The notes beneath the pieces are model-generated. The model worked only from the letters and a program-made list of their open reading frames with translations. It was not told where the DNA came from and ran no database searches. Source: Gemmatimonadaceae bacterium (lineage in GTDB: Bacteria > Gemmatimonadota > Gemmatimonadetes > Gemmatimonadales > Gemmatimonadaceae). Taken from it: a stretch of 64,000 bases of DNA. This document shows, piece after piece, positions 38,025 through 47,064 of the stretch. Both the position numbers and the translations under genes were made by a program. The stretch covers positions 96,001-160,000 of the forward strand of contig JBHYGA010000006.1 in NCBI GenBank assembly GCA_051859245.1, read 5' to 3'. The stretch's first letter is position 1. The number at the start of each line of letters is the position of its first letter.

Positions 38025-38525
38025 ATGAGCAGCACCAGCACCCCAGAGGCTCGCACCGACAGCCGCGCCGGAAAGTATCTCACGTTCTTCCTCAGCAATG
38101 AGGAGTATGGGCTGGAGATCCTGAAGGTGAGCGAAATCATTGGCATGCAGCCAATCACGCGTGTTCCGCGTGTGCCGGAGTTCGTGCGTGGCGTGATCAA
38201 TCTGCGCGGCAAAGTGATTCCAATTACGGATTTGCGTACAAAGTTTGATATGCAGGTGGAGGAAGGCCGCGACTCGTGCATCATCGTGGTGCAGATGAAA
38301 GGCATGCAGACGGGCGTTATTGTGGATCGCGTGAGCGAAGTCGTCGCGATCGCTGACAATGAAGTGGAAGATGCGCCGAGCTTTGGCGCTGGTATCCGCA
38401 CCGAGTTCTTGCTCGGCATTGGCAAGACCGGAGGTCGCGTTCGTTTGCTCGTTGATATCGACAAGGTGCTGGAGTCCGCGGAACTGGCCGCGATCGAAGC
38501 AATCAGCTCGAACAGCGCACTCTAA
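38025..38525 (+). CDS. cheW: Chemotaxis coupling protein
   Basis: YLTFFLSNEEYG, ITRVP, GVINLRGKVIP, GVIVDRVSEV. Confidence 0.95.
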   Translation: MSSTSTPEARTDSRAGKYLTFFLSNEEYGLEILKVSEIIGMQPITRVPRVPEFVRGVINLRGKVIPITDLRTKFDMQVEEGRDSCIIVVQMKGMQTGVIVDRVSEVVAIADNEVEDAPSFGAGIRTEFLLGIGKTGGRVRLLVDIDKVLESAELAAIEAISSNSAL

Positions 38526-38554
38526 GCCGTTCTTCACGCCTTGCCGAGCCGGGA

Positions 38555-39391
38555 ATGACCACCACGCTGTCGGCGTCGATCGGGTTGGGAGAAGCCACGC
38601 TTTCTCCGGCTCACTTCGCACGCATAATTGAGATGCTGCACGCGCATTGCGGAATCCGCATGCGCACCGGTAAAGAAGGACTCGTGCGTGCTCGGCTGGC
38701 CAAGCGACTGCGGCTGCTCGGGCTGTCAGACTATGACAGCTATCTCGATCTTGTGGAAGGAGATCCCGCACGAATCGAGTTTACCGAGATGGTCGACGCG
38801 CTGACCACGAACAAAACGAGCTTCTTTCGCGAGGAAGCGCATTTCGACTTCCTGCAAGACACCGTGTTCCCGGCGTGTACGGGACCGATTCGTTTGTGGA
38901 GTGCGGGTTGTTCCAGCGGTGAAGAGCCATACACGCTCGCCATGCTGCTGAACGAATCGCTGCCGGAGACAGCGGCGCGCAATGCGAAGATTCTCGCCAC
39001 GGATATCAGTCATCGCGTGCTCGCCACTGCGAAAGCTGGTGTGTACGCTGCGGATGCCTTGTCGGAAGCGCCGCGCGCGATGGTGCAGAAGTACTGGACG
39101 CCTGTCGCGAGCTCGGGCGGCGCACGTCTTGAAGCGGCGCCGTCGCTGAAGCGGTTGATTCAGTTTGGCCGTCTCAACCTGATGGCGCCGTGGCCCATGC
39201 GTGGTCCATTCGACGCGATCCTGTGTCGCAACGTGATGATCTACTTTGACAAGGCCACACAGCAGGAACTGGTAGCGCGCTACTACGCGCTGCTGCGTCC
39301 GGGTGGCTATCTGTTTGTGGGACACTCGGAAAGCCTGACCGGACTGGACCATCGTTTCCGCTACGTTCAGCCGGCTGTCTATGTCCGCTAG
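38555..39391 (+). CDS. cheR: MCP methyltransferase
   Basis: LTTNKTSFFRE, WSAGCSSGEEPY, ATDIS, CRNVMIYF, GHSE. Confidence 0.95.
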   Translation: MTTTLSASIGLGEATLSPAHFARIIEMLHAHCGIRMRTGKEGLVRARLAKRLRLLGLSDYDSYLDLVEGDPARIEFTEMVDALTTNKTSFFREEAHFDFLQDTVFPACTGPIRLWSAGCSSGEEPYTLAMLLNESLPETAARNAKILATDISHRVLATAKAGVYAADALSEAPRAMVQKYWTPVASSGGARLEAAPSLKRLIQFGRLNLMAPWPMRGPFDAILCRNVMIYFDKATQQELVARYYALLRPGGYLFVGHSESLTGLDHRFRYVQPAVYVR

Positions 39392-39917
39392 TCACGCGCT
39401 GGAAACGGTACCGGCAACGCGCTCCCGCGCGGCCCAGGTGATTGTCGGCGTGGCGGATGTCAAAGTGTCGAACGACCCTACGGCGCGACTCATCACGTAC
39501 GCGCTCGGAAGTTGTCTCGGCATTGCTGTGCATGATCCGGTGGCTGGCGTGGGCGGTTTGCTGCACGTGATGCTGCCCACGGGCACGATTGATCCGGCCA
39601 AGATGCAGGCCAAGCCGGCCATGTTTGTGGATTCCGGCATTCCGTTGCTGTTCAAGGAGTGCTATCGACTGGGCGCGAAGAAGGAGCGCATGGTCGTGAA
39701 GGTCGCAGGCGGCGCGCATGCTGGCGCGTCGGAAGAAGGCGATCGCTTTCAGATCGGCAAGCGCAACATGATCGCGTTGCGAAAGCTGTTGTGGAAAAAC
39801 GGCGTGCTGGTGCACGCGCAGGAAACCGGGGGCGTGCAGACGTCCCGCACCATGTGGCTTGACGTCGGATCGGGAGCGGTGACGCTCAAGGTCAACGGCG
39901 GCGAGTCCCCGCTCTGA
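39381..39917 (+). CDS. cheD: Chemoreceptor glutamine deamidase
   Basis: TYALGSC, GGLLHVMLP, KVAGGA, IGKRN, ETGG...RT. Confidence 0.93.
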   Translation: MSASHALETVPATRSRAAQVIVGVADVKVSNDPTARLITYALGSCLGIAVHDPVAGVGGLLHVMLPTGTIDPAKMQAKPAMFVDSGIPLLFKECYRLGAKKERMVVKVAGGAHAGASEEGDRFQIGKRNMIALRKLLWKNGVLVHAQETGGVQTSRTMWLDVGSGAVTLKVNGGESPL

Positions 39918-39929
39918 CCCCCTACGTTC

Positions 39930-40358
39930 ATGGCATTCAATGTACTGATCGTCGACGACAGCGCTGTCATGCGCGCCATGATTGTGCGCACGCTGAAACT
40001 CAGCGGGTTGCCGATTGCGGCAATCTATGAAGCGTCTCACGGCGAAGATGGCTTGCGCACGCTCAATGAGGAATGGGTGGATCTGCTGCTGCTCGATGTC
40101 AACATGCCGGTCATGAATGGCGAAGAAATGTTGCGTCGCATTCGTGAAGAAGAGCGCACGCGCGATCTGGCCGTCATCATCGTGTCCACCGAAGGCAGCG
40201 AGACGCGACTGGCGGCACTGCAGGCCATGGGCGCGGCCATCGTTCACAAGCCGTTCCCACCGGAAGTTTTGCGCGACACCATCTTGCAAGTGACTGGAGT
40301 GACCGATGTCGAATATTACGGATCAACTGCTGCGGCAAGCGACAGCTTCGACTTTTGA
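39930..40358 (+). CDS. Second CheY-like single-domain response regulator
   Basis: IVDDSAVMR, LLDVNMP, VSTE, HKPF. Confidence 0.85.
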   Translation: MAFNVLIVDDSAVMRAMIVRTLKLSGLPIAAIYEASHGEDGLRTLNEEWVDLLLLDVNMPVMNGEEMLRRIREEERTRDLAVIIVSTEGSETRLAALQAMGAAIVHKPFPPEVLRDTILQVTGVTDVEYYGSTAAASDSFDF

Positions 40359-40800
40359 AGAACTCGCGTTCCTCTTCCCCGAGGACGAGTGTTCAGAGTC
40401 GCAGCTGGACGCGCCGCTTGATGCCACGGTAACGGTGGACTTTCATGGACCGATGCGCGGCCGGCTGGTGCTGCGCGTATCGTCTTGTCTGTTGCCGGCG
40501 ATCGCGGCCAATATGCTGGGCGAAGAGGAATCGCAGCGCGTGCCGTTGCAGCGCGACGCGCTTGGCGAGATGACGAACGTGGTGTGCGGCAATCTGTTGC
40601 CTGCGCTTGCTGGCGCCAACGCCGTGTTCCGTCTCGACGCACCGCAGTGGCGCACCGAAGCAATCGATGCGCGCGAAGGCGATGCGCCGATTGCAACGGC
40701 GGTATTCGGGGTTGAAGAAGGACGGGTTGATGCGCAGCTGTTCGTGTTCTCCGGACGTGAATGGCTCGAGTCCGTGCGTTCGCCGCACGTGGTCGCGTGA
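40306..40800 (+). CDS. cheX: CheX-family phosphatase
   Basis: TFEELAF, FHGPMRGRL, AANMLG, DALGEMTNVVCGN (ExxN). Confidence 0.82.
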   Translation: MSNITDQLLRQATASTFEELAFLFPEDECSESQLDAPLDATVTVDFHGPMRGRLVLRVSSCLLPAIAANMLGEEESQRVPLQRDALGEMTNVVCGNLLPALAGANAVFRLDAPQWRTEAIDAREGDAPIATAVFGVEEGRVDAQLFVFSGREWLESVRSPHVVA

Positions 40801-41879
40801 TCAGCGCGTCGACGGTTGAGCGCACCAAGCCTGGTGCCATTCGCGTGCTGGTGGTCGATGACTCGGCCCTCGTGCGGCGCATCATCACTGAAGCGCTCGA
40901 TCGTCACCCGGATATTGAGGTGGTGGGCACGGCAACGGATCCGTATGTGGCGCGTGAACGCATTGTCGCGCTGCGCCCCGATGTGGTGACGCTGGATGTG
41001 GAAATGCCACGCATGGACGGCCTGTCGTTTCTGGCCAAGCTCATGCGGCACTTCCCGTTGCCGGTGATTGTAGTGAGCTCCGTGACACCACAGCACTCGG
41101 ACGCGGCGTTGCGAGCACTGTCGCTGGGAGCTGTTGACGTGATCGCCAAGCCAGGTGCCATGACCGCCAGCTCAGAAGTCACCGACGAGCTCGTGCGCGC
41201 AGTACGCGTTGCGGCGCGTGCGCGCGTGAGCAAGCTCGTGGAACCCGTTGATGCCGCGCCTACGCGCGTGCCAACCATCGCGTCACTGAATTCCACGCAC
41301 AAAGTGATCGCGATTGGCGCGAGCACAGGCGGCACGCAGGCGATTGAAGCCGTTCTGCGGCGCTTTCCTGTTGACGCTCCAGCCACCGTGATTGTGCAGC
41401 ACATGCCCGAGCATTTCACGCTGTCGTTTGCCAAGCGACTTGATTCCGTGTGTGCTATCACGGTACGTGAAGCGAGTGATGGTGATGTGCTCACACCTGG
41501 GCTCGCCCTCGTGGCGCCTGGTGGCAAGCATCTGGTGATTCAGGCGAGTGGTGCGCGCTGGGTCGCGCGCGTGAAGGACGGGCCGAAAGTGCATCATCAG
41601 CGACCTGCGGTTGATGTCACCTTTCAGAGCCTCGCGCGCTGCGCGGGTCGCAACGTCGTCGCCGCGTTGCTCACAGGGATGGGAGCCGATGGTGCCAAAG
41701 GCATGCTGGCACTGCGTGAAGCCGGCGCGTACACGATTGCGCAGGACGAAGCCTCATCGGTGGTGTGGGGCATGCCGCGTGAAGCGGTGAAACTGGAAGC
41801 CGCCGTGGATGTGCTTCCGCTCGGCGACGTTGCGCAGGGCTTGCTGCACGCGCTGGGTCGCGAGGTCGCGCTCGTTTAA
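40797..41879 (+). CDS. cheB: Chemotaxis methylesterase (REC + esterase)
   Basis: VVDDS, TLDVEMP, GASTGG, VQHMP, RPAVD, LTGMGADG, SVVWGMP; GTG coupled to the cheX stop. Confidence 0.95.
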   Translation: MISASTVERTKPGAIRVLVVDDSALVRRIITEALDRHPDIEVVGTATDPYVARERIVALRPDVVTLDVEMPRMDGLSFLAKLMRHFPLPVIVVSSVTPQHSDAALRALSLGAVDVIAKPGAMTASSEVTDELVRAVRVAARARVSKLVEPVDAAPTRVPTIASLNSTHKVIAIGASTGGTQAIEAVLRRFPVDAPATVIVQHMPEHFTLSFAKRLDSVCAITVREASDGDVLTPGLALVAPGGKHLVIQASGARWVARVKDGPKVHHQRPAVDVTFQSLARCAGRNVVAALLTGMGADGAKGMLALREAGAYTIAQDEASSVVWGMPREAVKLEAAVDVLPLGDVAQGLLHALGREVALV

Positions 41880-41917
41880 CCGCTTTGCCGTTCCCGCGTG
41901 CTGCGCCGCGTGTCCGT

Positions 41918-42670
41918 TCAGCCCTGCGGCAGCACCGGTAAGTACACACGACACACGGTCTGCCCGTTAGCGTGCTGGATGGTCATCTGACCACCTGCGG
42001 CCCACGCAGCCGCTCGCGCGATGGCGAGACCAAGGCCAGCGCCACGCACCCCATTTTTTGTGGTCACGAACGGATCGAACAGATTGTTCGCCACAGATTC
42101 GTGAATACCGGGGCCGTGATCGATCACGTCGATGATCGCCCACACGCCGGAGGCGATCGGTACGCCGCTGTCAATGCGTTCAGTGCTCACGGTCTCTTGT
42201 GCGACAGCAACGGTTATGCCCGCCGGCGACGCTTCGCGTGCGTTCTGAATCAACTCATGCAGCGCTTCTCCGAGCACGGCCGCATTCATGTGCACGTGCG
42301 CGTGTGAAGCGCCTGAACTCGTGATCGGAACGGCGGAGGCCAGTTGTTCCTGCCGAATCACATCCGCGAGCAACGCATCAAGGTCGAGTGGCGCCGCCTT
42401 GCTGACCGCCGCGCGACCAAACGCCGAGCAGCGCTGCATGTAGGCCACCGTGGTGTCGGCCGCCTGCGCAATCTCGTCAAGGTCAGCGCGATTCGGATGA
42501 TCCTGCGGCAGATCGGCCAGCATCAGCTCGGAGTACGTGCGAATGACCGTGAGAAAGTTGCTGAGGTCATGCGCCATACGGCGTGAGAAGTACGCCAGCG
42601 CGTTGGTACGACGATGCGCTTCAGCCAGTTCGGCCTGGGCAGCGTGAATCTCGGGTGACATCGAGTTCAT
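41918..42670 (-). CDS. Small cytoplasmic histidine kinase (HisKA + HATPase, no input domain)
   Basis: AHDLSNFLTVI, ELIQNAREA, DHGPGI, FDPFVTTK, GAGLGLA. Start 42670 or 42661. Confidence 0.8.
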   Translation of the reverse strand: MNSMSPEIHAAQAELAEAHRRTNALAYFSRRMAHDLSNFLTVIRTYSELMLADLPQDHPNRADLDEIAQAADTTVAYMQRCSAFGRAAVSKAAPLDLDALLADVIRQEQLASAVPITSSGASHAHVHMNAAVLGEALHELIQNAREASPAGITVAVAQETVSTERIDSGVPIASGVWAIIDVIDHGPGIHESVANNLFDPFVTTKNGVRGAGLGLAIARAAAWAAGGQMTIQHANGQTVCRVYLPVLPQG

Positions 42671-42869
42671 GAGCAAAGCGGTGCAAAAGTGAGGACGCCC
42701 GACGCGGCAACACCGAGCTGGCTGGCGCACGCCGGCCGGTTGAGCGCCATATTTCCAGCCAACAATCTCGCACATACCGGCTGAGTTCGCCTGCCCAGTC
42801 GGTCGCTCCCTCCCCTGTTTCGCACCCTCTCACGGCTAACGCTGCCTGTAAGCCGAGCAGGTAATTCAC

Positions 42870-43523
42870 GTGCCGCGACCAGTCCGACTGACCCGAACGA
42901 CGTTGGCCCAGGCCACCACCGAGTTGAGCGCCCGCGATGCGCGGCTGGCGCGTGTGATCGAGGCGGTTGGTCCATGTACGATGATCGCGCGGCGTCAGGG
43001 CACACACTTCGAGCATCTCTCGCGAGCGATTGTCTATCAGCAGCTGTCGGGCAAGGCGGCGGGCACGATACACGGGCGCGTTTGCGAGGCCTTGGGCGGT
43101 GCGCTTGTGGCCGATGCCGTGGTACGTGCCGATGATGTGACGCTGCGCAGCGCAGGGCTGAGTCAGGGAAAACTGCGTGCACTGCGCGACCTGAGTGAGC
43201 GCGTGCTTGACGGTCGCCTTGATCTCGACGCGATCGAATCGCAGCCTGATGACAAGATCATTGAGGATCTTGTGCACGTGCGTGGCATCGGACCCTGGAC
43301 CGCGCAGATGTTTCTGATGTTTCGACTGGCGCGACCCGATGTGCTGCCGGTGCTTGACCTGGGCGTGCGCAAAGGTGCACAGCGGATGCATCGGTTACGC
43401 TCGTTGCCTGACGAAGCGCGCCTGGAAAAACTCGCGCGCCCCTGGCAACCGTGGCGCTCGGTCGCCAGTTGGTATTGCTGGCGCGTGCTGGACCTTGAAG
43501 CCGAGGGGAAGTGGCCGCTCTGA
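42870..43523 (+). CDS. DNA-3-methyladenine glycosylase (AlkA/HhH-GPD family)
   Basis: AIVYQQLSGKAA, VRGIGPWTAQMFLMF, DVLPVLDLG, WQPWRS. Confidence 0.9.
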   Translation: MPRPVRLTRTTLAQATTELSARDARLARVIEAVGPCTMIARRQGTHFEHLSRAIVYQQLSGKAAGTIHGRVCEALGGALVADAVVRADDVTLRSAGLSQGKLRALRDLSERVLDGRLDLDAIESQPDDKIIEDLVHVRGIGPWTAQMFLMFRLARPDVLPVLDLGVRKGAQRMHRLRSLPDEARLEKLARPWQPWRSVASWYCWRVLDLEAEGKWPL

Positions 43524-43590
43524 GCGTGGCGCGCGTCACGCGGCGCAAAAGCGCTTCGGAACGGAGACGAGAACCGCGCGTTGATCCGCT

Positions 43591-44991
43591 GTGACTACTC
43601 ACTCGTTTGTCCGATCTATTCGCGTTCCGGTTCCCGTTCGCGAACTCTTTGCCTGGCACGAGCGCGAGGGGGCATTTGAGCGCCTCTCGTCACCGTGGCA
43701 AACCGTGCGCGTGGTGTCGCGCAGCGGCGGTATTCGCGATGGCGCGACGGTGGCGCTCGATGTGAAAACACTCGGTGTCACCTCGCGCTGGAATGTGGTG
43801 CACCGTGATTATCGTCAGAACGAGCAGTTCGTTGACGAAATGCGTGGCGGCCCGTTTGCGAAGTGGATTCACACGCATGCCTTCGCGAGCGACGGTGATC
43901 ACGCCAGCGTGCTCACCGATACCATCGAATACGCGTTACCACTCGATGGATTGGGTGACGCGGCCGCCGGCTGGTTTGTGCGCGACACACTGGAACGTAC
44001 GTTTCGGTATCGGCATGCCGTCATGGCCCACGATCTCGCGCGTCACGCGCAGTTCGCGTCGCGAGATCGCCTCAAGATTGCCATCACCGGGGCGTCGGGA
44101 TTTGTTGGCAACGCGTTGTGTGCGTTTCTCACCACCGGCGGACATCAGGTCCTGCGAATCGGTCGGGGGGCGGTGCGAGCGGGAACGACGGATATTTCAT
44201 GGGATCCTGCACGCGGTGTGCTCGATGCGTCGGCGCTTGAAGGGGTGCACGCCGTGATTCATCTCGCGGGCGCACCAATTGCCGAACGGTGGACCGATGA
44301 GCACAAACGCGCGATTCGCGAGAGTCGCGTACAAGGCACGGCGCTCATTGCCCGCGCCATTGCATCGCTTCGCACAAAACCCGCCGTGCTGCTGTCGGGC
44401 AGTGCGATCGGTGCCTACGGCGCTAATCGTGGCGCTGAAGTTGTCGATGAATCGAGTGCGCTGGCCGATGATTTTCTGGCCGACGTGGTGCGTGACTGGG
44501 AAGGGGCAACACGTGTGGCGGAGGATGCCGGTGTGCGTGTCGTGCACTTGCGCACCGGCATTGTGACCGGTGTGGCCGGCGGCGCACTCGCCAAACAGTG
44601 GCCGCTCTTTCAACTCGGGCTCGGCGGTCCGCTGGGCGACGGACGTCACTACATGAGCTGCATCGCGCTCGATGATGAAATCGGGGCGATTCATCATTGT
44701 CTCATGGATGAACGCATCTCGGGCCCGGTGAATCTTGTCGCACCCGAAGCCGTCACGAATGCGGAGTACGCCTCGCAGATCGGGGAGGCCATCGGGCGAC
44801 CTGCGTTTCTGCCGGCGCCTGCGTTTGCCATGTCCCTGTTGTTCGGACGCGAAATGGTGGACGCAACGGCGCTCGCCAGTCAACGCGTACGTCCCACCGT
44901 GCTCTCAAAGCACGGCTTCCGTTGGGGCTGGCCCACGGTGCGGCAAATGGTCGCATTCGAAACCGGACGCGCGGAGTACCACGCGCCGTAA
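43591..44991 (+). CDS. TIGR01777 family epimerase/oxidoreductase with N-terminal SRPBCC domain
   Basis: FAWHER...FVDEMRGGPFAKWIHTH; ITGASGFVG, HLAG, SGSAIG, LRTGIV, GPVNLVAP. Confidence 0.88.
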   Translation: MTTHSFVRSIRVPVPVRELFAWHEREGAFERLSSPWQTVRVVSRSGGIRDGATVALDVKTLGVTSRWNVVHRDYRQNEQFVDEMRGGPFAKWIHTHAFASDGDHASVLTDTIEYALPLDGLGDAAAGWFVRDTLERTFRYRHAVMAHDLARHAQFASRDRLKIAITGASGFVGNALCAFLTTGGHQVLRIGRGAVRAGTTDISWDPARGVLDASALEGVHAVIHLAGAPIAERWTDEHKRAIRESRVQGTALIARAIASLRTKPAVLLSGSAIGAYGANRGAEVVDESSALADDFLADVVRDWEGATRVAEDAGVRVVHLRTGIVTGVAGGALAKQWPLFQLGLGGPLGDGRHYMSCIALDDEIGAIHHCLMDERISGPVNLVAPEAVTNAEYASQIGEAIGRPAFLPAPAFAMSLLFGREMVDATALASQRVRPTVLSKHGFRWGWPTVRQMVAFETGRAEYHAP

Positions 44992-45024
44992 CCTCGCTCC
45001 CTCGCCGCGTGCTAGTTTGCGACG

Positions 45025-46506
45025 ATGATCGAGACGCTGACTTCCGCTCACGCACTGACATTGGCCCTGTTCGGGTTGTTGTTGTTGTTGAGCGTGGTCT
45101 CGAGTCGGGCCGCGGAGCGCACCGGCCTGCCGCTCTCGCTGCTGTTTCTTGGCGTCGGCATGCTGGCCGGGTCCGAAGGCATTGGCGGGTTGGCCTTTGA
45201 GGACTACGCCTTTGCCTATCGCATGGGTTCGTTGGCGCTGGCGCTGATCCTGTTCGACGGCGGGCTGAACACGCCTGTCTCTGCCATCAGAAGCGTGATC
45301 GGACCGGCAGGGGTGCTGGCATCGCTCGGCGTCGTGCTGACCGCCGGCCTCATGACGGGCGGCGGTTATTTGCTCGGTCTGCCGCTCACCATCGCGCTCC
45401 TTGTGGGCGCCGTGGTCTCGTCGACGGACGCCGCGGCCGTGTTCGCCGTGCTTCGTGGTGCCGGCATCAATCTCAAACGGCGCGTTGGCCTGACGCTGGA
45501 ACTCGAGTCCGGTCTGAATGATCCGCTGGCGATCATCCTGACATTCGCTGTTGCCAGCTGGGCAATTCAGGGCGGCCGGCCAGATATACCAGGGATTCTG
45601 CGCGACATCGCCTGGCAGGCGTCCGTGGGTGCCGCACTGGGTTTGGGTATCGGCTTCGCTGCCAGTCGCATGCTCCCGCGACTCGCGCTGCGCGCCGCGG
45701 GGCTCTATCCAGCCTTCACCCTCGCGGTTGCCTGCCTGGCGTATGCGATCCCCACGCTCCTGGACGCGAGCGGGTTTCTGGCGGTCTACCTCGCCGGACT
45801 CGCGATCGGACACGGTGCGGTGCCGTACCGCGCGAGCGTTGTGCGCGTGCACGATGCGATTGCCTGGCTGTCGCAGATCGTCATGTTCCTCGCGCTTGGT
45901 CTGCTCGTATTCCCCAGTCGCCTGTTGGTTGCTGCTCCAATCGGATTGGCGCTTGCGGCGCTGCTGGTTGTTGTCGCGCGACCGATTGCCGTGGCCGTGT
46001 GCCTGCTCCCATTCCGCTTTCGTGCGCGAGAAGTGGGCTACATCGGCTGGGTAGGACTGCGTGGCGCGGTCCCCATCATTCTGGCGGTGGTACCGATTCT
46101 GTCGGGCGTGCCCGATGCGCTGCGGGTCTTTGACGTGGTATTCTTCGTGGTCGTGATCAGTGCGCTGGTGCAGGGGGCGACGGTGCCTTGGCTCACGCGA
46201 CGGTTGGATCTGGAAACAGCGGAGCCGCCGCCCTCAATGGCGGTGCTCAACATTGAAGCGCGCGAACCGTTCACAAGCGATCTGCAATCGTATTTCGTAG
46301 ACGAACTGCTGCCAGTAGCCGGGTGCCGCCTGGCAGATCTGCCACTGCCGCAGTCGTCCAGTGTCATGCTGATCGTGCGAGATCGCGATTTGATCGCTCC
46401 TCGAGGTGATACGGTGCTGACGCCCGGAGACCACGTCTATGTCCTGTCGCGGCCGGATGACCGGTCGATGGTGCAGATCCTCTTCGGCCACGCCGAAACT
46501 GAATAG
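45025..46506 (+). CDS. K+/H+ antiporter (NhaP2/CvrA type) with TrkA-C domain
   Basis: GMLAGSEG, ILFDGG, SSTDAAAVF, LELESGLNDP, GLRGAVPI, PRGDTVL. Confidence 0.9.
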   Translation: MIETLTSAHALTLALFGLLLLLSVVSSRAAERTGLPLSLLFLGVGMLAGSEGIGGLAFEDYAFAYRMGSLALALILFDGGLNTPVSAIRSVIGPAGVLASLGVVLTAGLMTGGGYLLGLPLTIALLVGAVVSSTDAAAVFAVLRGAGINLKRRVGLTLELESGLNDPLAIILTFAVASWAIQGGRPDIPGILRDIAWQASVGAALGLGIGFAASRMLPRLALRAAGLYPAFTLAVACLAYAIPTLLDASGFLAVYLAGLAIGHGAVPYRASVVRVHDAIAWLSQIVMFLALGLLVFPSRLLVAAPIGLALAALLVVVARPIAVAVCLLPFRFRAREVGYIGWVGLRGAVPIILAVVPILSGVPDALRVFDVVFFVVVISALVQGATVPWLTRRLDLETAEPPPSMAVLNIEAREPFTSDLQSYFVDELLPVAGCRLADLPLPQSSSVMLIVRDRDLIAPRGDTVLTPGDHVYVLSRPDDRSMVQILFGHAETE

Positions 46507-46545
46507 CACGCGCGCTCCCGTGCGCCCGACTGACTGCAATCGTTT

Positions 46546-47064
46546 ATGCCAATCGTAGATTTTGCTTCGCTGCCCGATGACGCTCGCGTCTGGGTGTTTG
46601 CCGCGTCCGATGTGTTGCCGCCGGAACCCGAGGCGTTGCTGCTGCAACGCGTCGACGAGTTTCTGGTACAGTGGCGAGCACACGGCACACCACTGCGGTG
46701 CGCGCGAGAGTGGCGTGAGGGGCGATTTCTGTGTATCGCGGTTGATCAGCGTTCAGCTGCCGCGTCGGGTTGCTCCATTGACGGACTGTTTCGCACGTTG
46801 CGCGAGCTCGAACCGCGGCTCGGCGCATCGCTCACCAACGGCACGCTCGTGTATTGGCGCGATCAGGACGGCCTCGTGCAACGGGGCACGCGCCAGGAGT
46901 TTGCGGCGCTGGCGGCAAGCGGTGTGATACAGCCGATCACGCGCGTCTTCGATCTGACGGTCAACACACGCGCCGCGTGGAATGGAGAGTTTGAGCGCGC
47001 CGCGCTTGCGTCGTGGCATGCGAAATACCTTGCCGTCGACCACCGGGGCGCACCAGAAGGATGA
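46546..47064 (+). CDS. Conserved hypothetical protein (SGCSID motif)
   Basis: LPDDARVWVF, WRAHG, ASGCSID, VFDLTV, SWH; ATGA-coupled to the downstream kinase. Confidence 0.7.
   Translation: MPIVDFASLPDDARVWVFAASDVLPPEPEALLLQRVDEFLVQWRAHGTPLRCAREWREGRFLCIAVDQRSAAASGCSIDGLFRTLRELEPRLGASLTNGTLVYWRDQDGLVQRGTRQEFAALAASGVIQPITRVFDLTVNTRAAWNGEFERAALASWHAKYLAVDHRGAPEG

Noticed and set aside
42671..42869. Structured RNA or riboswitch in the kinase/alkA intergenic region (likewise 6430-6680 and 54753-54939)
   Set aside because: Only generic GC hairpins; no recognisable family motif. An Infernal/Rfam scan would be needed.
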